Below are positions 1 to 12,023 of a DNA stretch of 64,000 nt, piece by piece (position 1 is the first letter of the stretch; each line of letters starts with the position of its first letter). The notes under the pieces were generated by a model. It searched no databases and was not told the origin of the DNA. It saw nothing but the letters and a program-made list of their open reading frames with translations. This DNA comes from Eledone cirrhosa (lineage: Eukaryota), in assembly GCA_964016885.1 (NCBI GenBank), contig OZ024743.1, positions 57,350,001 to 57,414,000 of the forward strand, read 5' to 3'. Both the position numbers and the translations under genes were made by a program.

Positions 1-2950
1 TATTTTACTGGCCTCTCTGATTTGCCTATCTGCTGGGTCATTTCTATGTTTAGATATTATTCTAATTTCTATGTTGTCTATGTTACCGTCATGTTGTTGT
101 CTAGCATGTTCGTATAGTACTGACCCGTTTCTTCGTCCTTTTAGTTCCCCCCAGTGTTGGTCTATCCTTTCACCTATGCTACGAGCTGTCTCACCTATGT
201 ATGTTGTTGTCATGTTTCTGCAAGTACCCTCTGTACATCTTATGCTATAGACTACGTTTCTAGTTTTACAGTTTATCCGGGGGTTCACCTTACATATGAT
301 ACATTTCCTATTGGTACAGTGGGTTTTCTTAAAAGGGTAGGTTTTGCTGATCAGGGATTTTATGGTGGTTCCTGGCTTTTCTACCACCTTTATTTTTAAG
401 TGGGTCTTTCTCAGGGCCTTTCTACACTGGTTAGCTAATTTCCCTCCAGGGGTAGCGTCCACAAACATGACACTCTGGTATCTCTGGTTGTCGTACCATG
501 AGGTGGCTTTCCCTATCTTATGTCTAGCCCTATCTAAGCTATTCCATGATTTGCTCCTGTATAATGGGCAAATTCCTTTCATGTCCAGTTCTATGAGGGT
601 CTTATACTTCTCCATGGCTCCTTCGTATACTCTGACTCTGTCTCTTTGGTTGTAGCCAGAGACTGCATGCGGTTGATGAAGTGTTGGATGTGTCTTTCCA
701 TTTCTGTTGGGTCGCACATGCGGGACACATTCTTCATCACTCGTACCAAATCTGCGATCAGAATATTAAACTTAGCACTACTGGACATTGCTGAGTTTTT
801 GAGTATCAGGTATTTGGAGGCCATGGGTTTAGCATAGTGTGAGTGGAGAATTTGGGCTCTCTCGTCTATAGTGTTAATCCAGAGTTCTGTGTCTAATACA
901 GGTAGTCTATTGTTAGGGTGTTTGGAAGGGAAGTCGATAGTTACAGTTATACTCTGGTGTATGGAATTAGCTATCTGCTGGATGCTTTCCATCGTGCTAC
1001 GTTCTAAATCAAACTTGTTAGTGCTCTCTAGTGGGGGTGTTCTTATAACTATGTTGATATCGTCTACATAACGAGAGTACATGATGAGGTCTATGGAGTT
1101 CTCATTAAGGAGATCTTTAAGTCTCCTTTCCCACCATACCATGAAAAGGTTGGCAACATCACCAGCTATGCTGACGCCGATGGCTGCTCCCTCGTTTTGG
1201 GTGTAGATCTTCTCGTTGAACTTAAATATGTGGCCCTTTAGGGTAGTTTTGATACTAGCCCCTATTGCATGTGCGACCATTTTTCTTACCTGATCATTGT
1301 TTTGGGGGTCCATATAGCTTTGCTCCACCCAATCCACCTTCCCATGGGAGTCTTTTTTGCCATTGAGGTTATGGTGGGGGTCTACCTCTTATAGGTCTAC
1401 TAGGTCAGAAACGTCTAAGGTCATGGCTGTCTAGGTAGTCAGTGTCGTAGGTAAGTCTAAGTAGGAGGCCCAGTTCGTCTGTGTCGACGTCGCAGAACTC
1501 CACCTCACTCTCAATGATCATCTCCACACATCTTTTCACAGCAAAATCAATGTTAATGGATGGGTACAATAACACCACATCCATGCTGCCTATTATGCAG
1601 TTGGATAGGTTCCTGTTTTTGTTGCACTCACTGATTCTGCTGAGGAGGTCCTCTGTACTGTCACATACATTTGGGGACATCTTGATTATGGGGCGTATAA
1701 CCATTGAGAGGAAGTAGGAGATCCTGTAGTTACTAACTATATTAGCTCCGCATACGGGTCTTGTTGGTGGTCCTGTTGTCGGGTCGTCGACTGTCTTGTG
1801 GTCTTTGCGGAGCTCATACAAGGGTGGTATGCCATTGTTAGACGCCTGGAAGTTGTTGGCAGTGCGTATACTTGGCTTTAGGATGTCAATCCACATCATC
1901 ATGTGAGCGTTGAGGATTTTCTCACTCCCATTGTGTGTTTGTTGTGCAATTTCGCTCGTGTTGGTGATGTGGGGTTGCATAGCCTTGATGTAGTTCGGCA
2001 TGCTATCTATTGACATCCTACCAGACTTATCCGTGGGTAGACATACTACCTCACCATCCCTTGTGTTCTGCTTGAGGCTAACCAAGCCTTCTACAGGTTT
2101 CCTCCCAAGTTGTTGGGCCTCTGGTCTGCTCTGTCTCTTAGTATACCTGTCTACTATTTGTCTAATCTTATTTCTAGCTATGGTGAACTGTGCCTCTGTC
2201 TCGTCATCTATTTGTTGTGGTATGCAAACTCTTTTATTAAAGGGTAACCTCGTAGGATAGATATTACCCATCTTATATGTTTTGTCAGCTGGGTTGAAAA
2301 ATAGTTTCTCTAAGGGGTTGTCATTATATCTATCGTCATAGTTGTGTGTGTTGCTATTATTGTTATCATGGTGGTTGTTGTTGTTTCTATCATTAGCATT
2401 ATTATTATTGTTATGATTGTTAGATGTATTGTTGTTTACTTCACCGTTATTGTTGTTGTTACTGTTATTTCTACCATTGTGGTTGTTACTTTTATTATGT
2501 TTCTTGTTTTTGTTGTGTCTATCATTGATGTTGCTACATGTACTATTTCCATTATTACCACTGTGGTTATTGTTGTTGTTGTTCGTATTGTTACCGTTAT
2601 TACTACTGTGGTCGCTGCTGCTGTGTCTGTGGTTAATGTTTCTATTATTATTATTATTGTGGTTGTTGTTGTTCTGTCTATCGTTATTATTATTACCATT
2701 ATCACTATTTCTCACTTTCCTGCTATTGTTATTGTTATGGCTGTTATTTCTATACTCAGAGTTATTGTTTATATTACTACTACCGTTATTATTGTTGTTG
2801 TTGATGTTGTTGTTTACCTTTGCATTCCAACGTATTTTTGTGAAACACTTTTCCAGCTCCGTTTTGCACTCCATAGGGTTAATCTTTTTGTAGATGGCAA
2901 ATTCTGGTGGTAGCCGCAGGATTTGTTGTTCTTGTTTTATTACACAAATA
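1..2950 (-). mobile_element. Penelope-like element (Naiad-like), frameshifted RT + C-terminal GIY-YIG endonuclease; 3' end runs off the window
   Basis: Minus-strand ORF pieces give PTDKSG, RKDHK, RPVCG, GSMDVVLLYPSI, GAAIG..ANLFM, YSRYVDD, PVLD and HYAKPMA. Manual translation of ~1-500 gives SVMFVDATPGG..IKVVEKPG..C-x4-C-x2-C..NVVYSIRC..TYIGETAR..RIDQH..RQIREA. About 4 frameshifts and one in-frame TGA. Naiad assignment is from recalled motif style. Confidence 0.9.
2340..2815 (-). repeat. Asn-coding (AAC/AAT)n low-complexity tract inside the Penelope ORF
   Basis: TTG/TTA repeats on the plus strand; in-frame poly-Asn in ORF 1405..2997. Confidence 0.9.
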
Positions 2951-3013
2951 TGACCCTCCCCAAGTATAACAATATTTGTTTCGACACACGATTTCATATA
3001 AAAAACCTCGCAA

Positions 3014-3018
<5 letters not shown>
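2945..3018 (-). repeat. Penelope pLTR-like remnant with degenerate hammerhead, homologous to 52187-52270
   Basis: atgaccctccccaagtataacaatatttgtttcgacacacg closely matches atgaccctcccaaagtataacaatatcggtttcaacacacg at 52.2 kb; followed by (TA)n. Confidence 0.6.
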
Positions 3019-3048
<30 letters not shown>

Positions 3049-3250
3049 GAAAATCTGCTTCGTAGAATCAAGACGTATCTGAGGACCTTGCGATTTTCAG
3101 AGTCAGGTCAGATTATCACATCAAAGTAAGAAAATATACATACGGAGAACTATCCCCCAGAATGAACATACGGAGAACTATCCCCCAGAAACGATCGCAA
3201 AATAATAAGTTTACCCGTATTTTGTTTAATTTCATTGTTTTCACAATTTG

Positions 3251-3299
<49 letters not shown>

Positions 3300-3403
3300 C
3301 ATCCAGAGAGTGCAACACGAAGTTACTCTAGGTTCACCCAGCTGAGCACTCGATGTTTAGGTTCACGTCAATATCGAGGTGTAGAGCTAGTCAGAGTATA
3401 ATA

Positions 3404-3623
3404 TAATAATACAAGGACGAATGGTTATTCCTTCATTACGTTTATAGGTTGGTGACGCACGTTTCGCTACTGATCAGCTCAATGCCTTTACTAGTACAGA
3501 GGTCCTACGAACTTTTGAGTCCAGAGTCGAGCCAGATCGATACAGATCGAACTTTGAGCTGATCAGTAGCGAAACACGCGTCACCAACCAATAAACGTAA
3601 TGAAGGAGTAACCATTCGTCTTT

Positions 3624-3632
<9 letters not shown>
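3404..3632. repeat. Fold-back (inverted repeat) mini-element with ~78-bp arms and a degenerate hammerhead
   Basis: Arms 3404-3482 and 3554-3632 are reverse complements; GAAACACGCGTC at 3571-3582; homologous to 50440-50576 (-). Confidence 0.8.
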
Positions 3633-3673
<41 letters not shown>

Positions 3674-3674
3674 A

Positions 3675-3888
3675 GGGCGGTGAATTGGCAGTGTCGGTAG
3701 AGGGCCGGACACTATGCTTTGTAGCATAGAGTTACGGTCCTTTATGATCTGAGTTCAAATCCCGCCGAGGTTAACTGCCTTTCATCCTTACGGGGTCGAT
3801 AAAATAACGTACTAGTCACGCACTGGGGTCGATTTGATCGACTTTCCCCTCCGCCAAAATTGCTGGCCTTGTGCCTATATAAGAAACA

Positions 3889-3892
<4 letters not shown>
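3675..3892 (+). mobile_element. tRNA-derived SINE, family A
   Basis: A-box TGGCAGTGTCGG, B-box GAGTTCAAATCC, central GCCTTTCATCCTTACGGGGTCGATAAAATAA, (ATT)n tail. Confidence 0.9.
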
Positions 3893-3977
<85 letters not shown>

Positions 3978-4614
3978 AAAAAAAGAGAATCAGTGTTACG
4001 ATGAATGTAATTTATTGGACATATTACAATCGTTTCTCTGGCGACCAGCTCGAGGCACAATCGATGAGGATATGGTTCCAGTTCCTCAGAGAAATAACAA
4101 CACAACCAGGAGCTGGACATATCGATGGATTGACGGAGTAAAACACACTTCAACAACATGTGTACCTGTCTTTTCCACACCAATTCAGACTGCCTGAAAA
4201 GGTCACAGCCAATGATGGCTGTCACCGAAAAATATATAACAGTATATCTATAATTTATAATAAACGAAGCCAAATTTTACATATTTGACTTAATTATTTT
4301 ACATTACTCCGGAGTAAACAAACCAACCTGCGTACTTCGTCGAGTGCTCCAGTCTGCATACTGAGGTGTCGGTGAACAACCAACATATACTCACAAAATT
4401 TATATATATATATATATATATAGTGTATGGGATTCAGTCAATTACTGGTGGTAGTACTGCATTTTTTGTTGAATCGCCAGGGAGCAGATCGATAATGGTG
4501 TCAAGTCTATGACTTCTATGAGTGACCTTGAGCCAATAATCTGCGAATCGCGCGTAACATGTTGATACACAATAAAAAACTAAATACATGTAAATGAATC
4601 TTCATTGTTTTTCT

Positions 4615-4666
<52 letters not shown>

Positions 4667-4769
4667 ACACACACACACACATGTATATATATATAATACA
4701 ATTCAGAGAAAATACATAAAAGTGGGAAATTATTTCTTTCTTCGCTGATGTTATCTACAGGTCGAAACT

Positions 4770-5015
4770 ACAGGAGGATGGAAGCCGAATTTGAACACAA
4801 AGAGCAGAATCAGATACCGCAAGACATCCTACCAACTCTTTAACAATGCTGTCAAATCACTACGTCCTCCGCTTCTGTACTGGTACTATATTTTAGCGAC
4901 CCCAACAGGATGAAAGGCAAAGCTGGCTTCAATGGGATTTGTACTCGCTGCGCAATGAACCGGAACAAACACCCAATCATTTAATCCGAAGCTCTAATGA
5001 ATTAGCCAATTTGCC
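4770..5015 (-). mobile_element. Degenerate SINE family A copies
   Basis: gaccccaacaggatgaaaggcaaag...gggatttg matches the reverse complement of the SINE A core. Confidence 0.65.
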
Positions 5016-5016
5016 A

Positions 5017-5099
<83 letters not shown>

Positions 5100-5136
5100 C
5101 ACCACCACCACCACCACCACCACTACTACTACTACT
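5016..5136. repeat. (ACT)n/(ACC)n microsatellite
   Basis: Direct reading. Confidence 0.95.
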
Positions 5137-6267
5137 GTTTTTATTGATGCTTGGTTTTGGCCTTATCAGAGCGTGACATTACGCTCTGATAGGAAAACCG
5201 AGATTAGTTCTATATTAAATATCAAATGATGTGTATAGTGTATACTAAGGATAGCGATAGAACTTACATTGTATATTTGTGTGTGGATCCATTATTAGAC
5301 ATTCTTCAGCTGTGTATAGTAAGAAAAGGCAACTAATTTTGTGTTCAATAATAAGTGATCGATAAAATAAAAATATACGTAAAAACTATTGTAATAGGGT
5401 CGATATGATCATCTAAATTCCTTCAAGCTTGTGCCCCAGCATGGTCGCAGTCTAATGATTGGAACCAGTAAAAGTGTGACAACTGATTAGCCAATGTCAC
5501 CAACTCCAATACTGAAAACTAACAATGTAATGAGCCATTCAAGTCCAGTTAATGACACTGACAGGAAAAGAAGAAAGGAAGTTACTTGTACTTGTGGTGG
5601 CGTTCACCCGTGGTGAGTTGAGCCGGCTCAAACCAATAATTTCAACTCACAGTTTAGTAAGCCCTCGAACCTTTTTTTTATACTTCTTGTCATAACACTA
5701 AAATTCTCACTCATCCACACCACCTGATTGCAAGAAATTATTATATATTTTATTTAATGATACAAATTGTATAACACCGATCCTTTAAGGTTCAGTAAAG
5801 TACCTCTCTGTAGTCGCTGCCTTAGGCAGCTGCATAAATGGTCTTAATTGTAGGGTCGACCATAGATATCAACGGAATTTTGAGATGGATTTCTTTAAAA
5901 TATATATTATTTAGCATTAAATGGTAGTAAATCGACAATTCAAATAAAGGTTTTGTAGTTTCTAGTTTTAACATTTCCTTTTGGATTACCGAAGAGTATG
6001 CTCAAGCGATCGACTTATTTGAAATTTTCTTTAAAGACGAACTCCGTTGACAGGTTATCTATATCAATTTGGAGATCAATTTTGACAATAATTGGATTGT
6101 TATTGATCTGCTCGCCTTTTCAAAAATATATCGTGGTTAACAAAATAAGCCACGCCTTATTGATTAACCAGTGGGCTACATTCATTTTTCACTTGGATCA
6201 ATTAACAATTGGTAAGTTTAAAGAATGGCGGTGAATTAGCAATTTTTTTTAGCAATGTGTATAAGCA

Positions 6268-6425
6268 GGCGGCGAATTGGTAGAGTCGTTAGAACGTCGG
6301 ATAGAATGCTTTACTGTATTCGTTCTGGCTCTCTGCTCTCTCAGTTCAAATTCCATCGAGGTCAACTTTGCCTTTCATCCTTTCAGGTCGATATAACAGT
6401 ACCAGTCTAGTACTGGGATCAATAC
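6268..6425 (+). mobile_element. SINE family A (older copy)
   Basis: ggcggcgaattggtagagtcg...gttcaaat...gcctttcatcctttcaggtcgat...gtaccag. Confidence 0.8.
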
Positions 6426-7878
6426 TTCTTCTATGTCTCTTTTTCACTTCCTGTCTCTCTCTCTCTATCCTTCTCTGGAAAAAAATCTGTTGAACTCATG
6501 CGTGTAGAGGGAATGCGCTCCACCAGGTTTAAGAAACCCCGTATGTCAATATGGAGCCATCTACGACTCCCTCAGGAGTTACAGGTCCATACCAAGTTTG
6601 CAAACAAATTTTAGAATCGGTTGACATTGCAAGACATATCATATTTAGAAACAGTTATTAGATTTGTTTCTTTGACTGGAAAATAACACGTATTTGCAAA
6701 TATCCACGAAATGGTGATGTAAATAAATTATTTATGAATTTTGTTGTGCTTAACGTTAAATCTATCGAAAGAAAGCAAACACGTTATAAAAAAAATCTTA
6801 CACTTGTTTGCACTCGTGTATGTTTATTCATGTGTTTCTATGCTGAAATGATTGCTATTTCATTGAGAACGATTGCAAGCTGTTTGCTTATAGATTGGAG
6901 TAAGAATTGAACTAGTAACGTTTACCCTCAGAAGTTGAGCAACTTAGCAGAAGTAATTCACGGATAAGAACACCAACTAATACCTACAGTGGAGAGATAA
7001 AAGGAATAAATTTGATTCTATAAGCACATAATATTGATTGCAAAGCAATTTCAATAGACTAAGTTAACATTACATCTACATAGTATATAGGAGTCTTTCT
7101 ATGAAATGACATCATTGAAACATGTTAGTTATATTTCATTTTAGATCAATAGACCACCAGTTTGAAAACGATTTAAGAGTTTTGTCAATACTTTAACATT
7201 TGAATTAATGTTTGTGTATCTAATGTATGTAAATGGAAAGAGAGTATTAGTTACGTATGGTGATATTACAACACTGAATTCATCTGAATTTCAAATCTAC
7301 TATTTCAATGTACAACGAACTTCTAAAAGAAGCTGTTTTATCGACAACTATATTGTAGAATCATTTTAATGAAGTCAAGATACGGTTAGTATTACTTCAT
7401 CTTTATACAATTATAACTTTGTAACTCCTATAAAAAAAATCAAGTCTGGCTTTTTTTGACATGGTGAAAATACTTGATTGTGTATTTCTAAATCTTTTTA
7501 TCAGTATATTTTCTGGTAAAATGTTCTCAACGCCGGGAAAATAATTGGAATATGTAAAGAACTGACACTGTATTAGTATATATTTCAAACGAAAATACCA
7601 TAATTTTTATTGGAAAGACAGATATTCACATCGTCGTCAACCAGTTATAAAGTAGAAGCTCTTAGTTATACCACAGTTATTGATTCTCCAGTTATTATAG
7701 TGATATGTATTTATTCAGATATTTTACCATATTTATATGATAAAATATGGTGATATCAGCATATTTAAAGACGACTAGATAGAGTCATGGTAATATATAA
7801 CCATTTTTATATAAAGGCCAAGGTCAATATGATATCGATATATTTATTTATAAGCAAGTTGGAACCATTCTGATATCA

Positions 7879-8016
<138 letters not shown>

Positions 8017-8437
8017 AAGCAGATACACATGGGAGGTTGTATCTTATAGTAAATTTTTTTCTGGCGTTTTAATGATAGGTAACCAGCCTTATCATGAAAA
8101 ACAACGTAAATTGATGTCTTGCGAAGCATCTTGATCAAGAACATAGTGCGCTGCCAGGTGAGGGAATCGAACACATATGATGGAGGGCCCAACACATAAC
8201 TACTAGACAACACACGTATGAAAGGTCAAGTTCCATCATATGAAAGGGAAACTAACATCCTTAAGCAAGATATTTGGCTCTACATATAACTTCAGCTAAC
8301 TTAATTGAAAAACTAAATAGCATCATTTGCACACCAGTAAAATGATTGCTATTATGAAAGATTTTGAGCTGGAGAACATTTATTACAGTATTTCACCAAC
8401 TCACGTTAGCACAAAACACGTAGACTCATACCTTTAC

Positions 8438-8482
<45 letters not shown>

Positions 8483-9088
8483 ATATATATATATATTTAT
8501 TAAAATAACAGATTAAAGTTTAAGCAAAGAATCGCTGCTTTCACCCTTAAGGGGATCTTCTGAAACTAAAAAAATCAATCTGTGAACGCAGAAGTAAATA
8601 TTTCGAAAAATGTTGCAACCAAAGTAAGACAGGAAGACGATACTTTGGTTCGTGGAAACGTTCCCGGGCAAAGAACGAAAAAAAAACGAAGATAATACGT
8701 CATTATTTGGTGCGGTGAAAACAATTACACGCAAAGACAAAACCACGTTTATGGTATAAATGAAGTTGTAGACTAATATATATAGAGAAATATATGGGCC
8801 GACTTGTACAGCTCCATACACATATAGAACAAAACTATATATTTTCGCTTGTTTCACATTTCAGTAGAGAGTAGGAGAATCATTGTCCTGATGACGTCAA
8901 GAGCCAGACATGTATTGGTAGTTGTCCCTTGTTACTTCTGCTGGAATGCGCTAAACCACGCTAGCCGTCAGCATTTCAATATTCATAGCTAGAAGGCTTT
9001 CCAATGTTTATTAGTAAACATACCGTATAATCATTAGATATACCAAATTTATATACTTGTATGTATACAGCTCTGTTGGAGAGAAAAC

Positions 9089-9141
<53 letters not shown>

Positions 9142-9196
9142 ATGTGTGTGTGTGTGTGTATGTGAGTGTGTCTCTGTGTGTGTGTGTCTGTGTGTG

Positions 9197-9480
9197 TGTT
9201 AGAACACCGTCTGTTTAAAAGGTGAATGCTTCAGTTGTTGGAAAAATAGAACAGTCTGTTAACAAAATTAGCATGCAAGTGACTGAGTATCCCCCAGATA
9301 TGTGTACCCTTACGTAATTCTCGGCAAGATTCAGAATGACATATTGTGTGACAAAGCCGGTCTTTTGAATTACCGGTACAATTCATTTTTTCCAGCTGAG
9401 TGAACTGGAACAACGTGAAAACAACGTGTCATTGGGAATCGAACTCACAACCTTATGAGCAGTAACCAAGCAAGCTACAC
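9197..9480 (-). mobile_element. tRNA-derived SINE, family B (CORE-like)
   Basis: gggaatcgaactc (reverse B-box) and cagctgagtgaactggaacaacgtg; homologous to copies at ~24.2, 39.0, 58.4-59.1 and 60.3 kb. Confidence 0.7.
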
Positions 9481-9547
9481 ATAAATACACATATACACAC
9501 ATACACACAAAATTACATATACACACAAATGGAAAAATAAGAACCAG

Positions 9548-9710
9548 ATCATAGTGATACCTTATTTATATAAGAGCTAGGTCATGGTGATATCAACATG
9601 TTTATATAATAGCCAGGGTCATGGTGATATTAATATATCTGCAGACTAGTTAGGTCACGGTGGTGGCATGTTTACATAAGGGGCCAGAATCATGGTGGTA
9701 TCAATACATA
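9548..9710. repeat. Degenerate ~35-38 bp minisatellite (tcatggtgatatc core, ~5 units); related units at ~7740-7845
   Basis: Repeated atcatagtgatac / gtcatggtgatatc / gtcacggtggtggc / atcatggtggtatc. Confidence 0.65.
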
Positions 9711-9757
9711 CTTTTGACATTCTAGTGGTCAATAGCTATCATCCATCAATCAATAAC

Positions 9758-9772
9758 TCTATCTACCTAACA

Positions 9773-9810
<38 letters not shown>

Positions 9811-9811
9811 A

Positions 9812-9877
<66 letters not shown>
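9758..9877. repeat. (TCTA)n microsatellite, left flank of the Tx1 pair
   Basis: Direct reading. Confidence 0.95.
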
Positions 9878-9878
<1 letters not shown>

Positions 9879-10108
9879 AATCTAGCTGTCGTCTGTTCTA
9901 CAGTGTGGATGTCATTCACTTCGCACAGAAGTTTTGTTCAAATTTATTGAGGAAATTTTGTGAGTTCAAACTTAATTTTGATACAATTGTGTAGCTTGAC
10001 CCTCCGTCTGAACTGTCAGGCGGTGGGTCAGCTCATCTTTACCCCTCCTAGAGGTGAAAAACCTGTTTTAAAAAATTTTGTGTAAAAAATTTTAATCGTC
10101 TAACAGAA

Positions 10109-11990
10109 ATGTTAAACGCAGCGAACGAAAATAGTGGTGGGGGGACAGCGGTAAGAGTTGTAAGCTCGCACGCTTTAGTCCTCCCTTCCTTCCCAACTAA
10201 CGTCATAGAGAAGGAAGGAAAAATGAAAATAAAAACGGACGAATCTGCGGAGGAAAAATCAAATGACGAAAACAACGAAAAAAAAAAATTGGAAAAATTG
10301 CATGACAATACTAATAACACAAACAAAGACACAACAAACAAAAAAATAACAGTTGAAAATAACATCATATCAGAAAACAAAGCAGACGACAAGATTTCTT
10401 TTGCACAGAAAACAAAGAAATCTTTGACTTATATAGCGGAAAACATTTCAGATGTGGTACGAAGGATCACGGACGCAAAACAATACATAAGTGAAGGTGA
10501 GAATGGTATTTTATTGGTAAAAATGCCTCAAGAATTCACGAAAGACATTGAAAGCCGAACGGTCAAGTTTCGGACCATCAACAACAGTACAAAAAAACCT
10601 GAACAGCCTTCTCAAGCAGATATCAAAACAGTACTCGCAGAAGTACTGAATGAAACAACTTTCATAAGAAAAGACAGACTGTATGGAAGCCTAGCAATTA
10701 TCATGAAGAACGAATCGGCGGCAAAAAAAATGTGCTTTGTCACCGATTCGTTCAAAAAATTTCACCTTTTATCCATCTTATATGGGAAAAAAAACTCAAC
10801 GCATATGGCTGGATGCAATGATGCCAGATGTGGACTACTGCTGGCTCATAGCTGGCTTCATCGATCCAGTGAATGACAACGTGATTTCCATTGGGAAAAC
10901 CACAGGCAATGCGTTCAGTGGAACAGGTATAGAGCTGGTAGTACAAATGAAGCCTGAACGCATCGCCCAAATACCCGACAGAATCCTATTAGAGGACCAC
11001 GGGTATATAAACATTAGCGTGGAGGGGAGAAGGCCGTCCTGCCATATCTGTGCAGGCAGAGGGCACCTGAAGGCCGCTTGTCCACAACTCAACAAAAAGA
11101 AAACTCTGCTACCAACACCAGCTCCACCACCACCACCACCACAACAGATAAACAAACAACAAAACTCAGTCCCACCCAACCCGTCCCTCAGTAACACCAC
11201 AACACCACCACAACACAAACAGTCACAACACATTACCCCAAAACAAAATACAGGCCCACCCAACCTCTCACTCAATAAAACAACACAACCACCGCAGACA
11301 CAACACACAACACAGTCTAACATAGTGACATCCATCTCCCCCACAAAGAAAACCAACACGGAAACATTACCAGCAAACATACCTCTTCCCTCCAACACTG
11401 AAGATAACCCAACGAATTCGGAGGAAGAAACGGAGTCCTTCAGACAGATTAAAAGGAAAAAAAGAAAACATGTGCAAAACACACAAGGACAAACAACCCC
11501 CACCCAAATCGCAACACAATCTAACAAAACAGAAAACACCCCTCCAGCAACAAACAAAACCAAACCTGCCCCTCCCCTCTTCGAAACACTCACACCATCG
11601 GAAAAAAAGACATTACACTATACTTACATCAACAGAAACAATAATAAATTAAATGAACTCATATACAATAATCCTTCGGTACAAACCGAAGGTGTAAACT
11701 TTGTTTCATCAGAAAACCACCCACATTTAAAACTAATAAAAATCCCAATGAACCTCTACCAAAAACTAAAAAAGGATTTTAAGGAGGACGTAGGACCACC
11801 CTCTGTCAAACCCATAAACCGCGTCCTACTAAAAAGCTTTCCCCCTCCCCTTCCCCTCCCCAACACAACTCCAAACACCCCAACCCCACCACACACCGAC
11901 GACCCCACACCACCACAAGACACCCCTTCACCCAACACCCCCGACCCCATGGAAGTCGTGCAACCCGAACCCCGGGAAGCGGAAAGGTAG
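10109..11990 (+). pseudogene. Tx1 ORF1 (nucleic-acid-binding, CCHC knuckle) with one frameshift near 10725-10735
   Basis: Split into ORFs 10109..10876 and 10737..11990. Copy 2 reads through the same site (AAKKYALSPIRS). CHICAGRGHLKAAC = CX2CX4HX4C. Confidence 0.88.
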
Positions 11991-12023
11991 GTCTCTACAC
12001 TCTCCTTTGGCTCTGCCGCCCAC

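Noticed and set aside
3675-3770. tRNA genes at A/B-box sites
   Set aside because: These are SINE heads followed by the SINE core and tail; no complete cloverleaf is evident.
8888-8894. CTGATGA hammerhead core
   Set aside because: No stem II or GAAA partner downstream.
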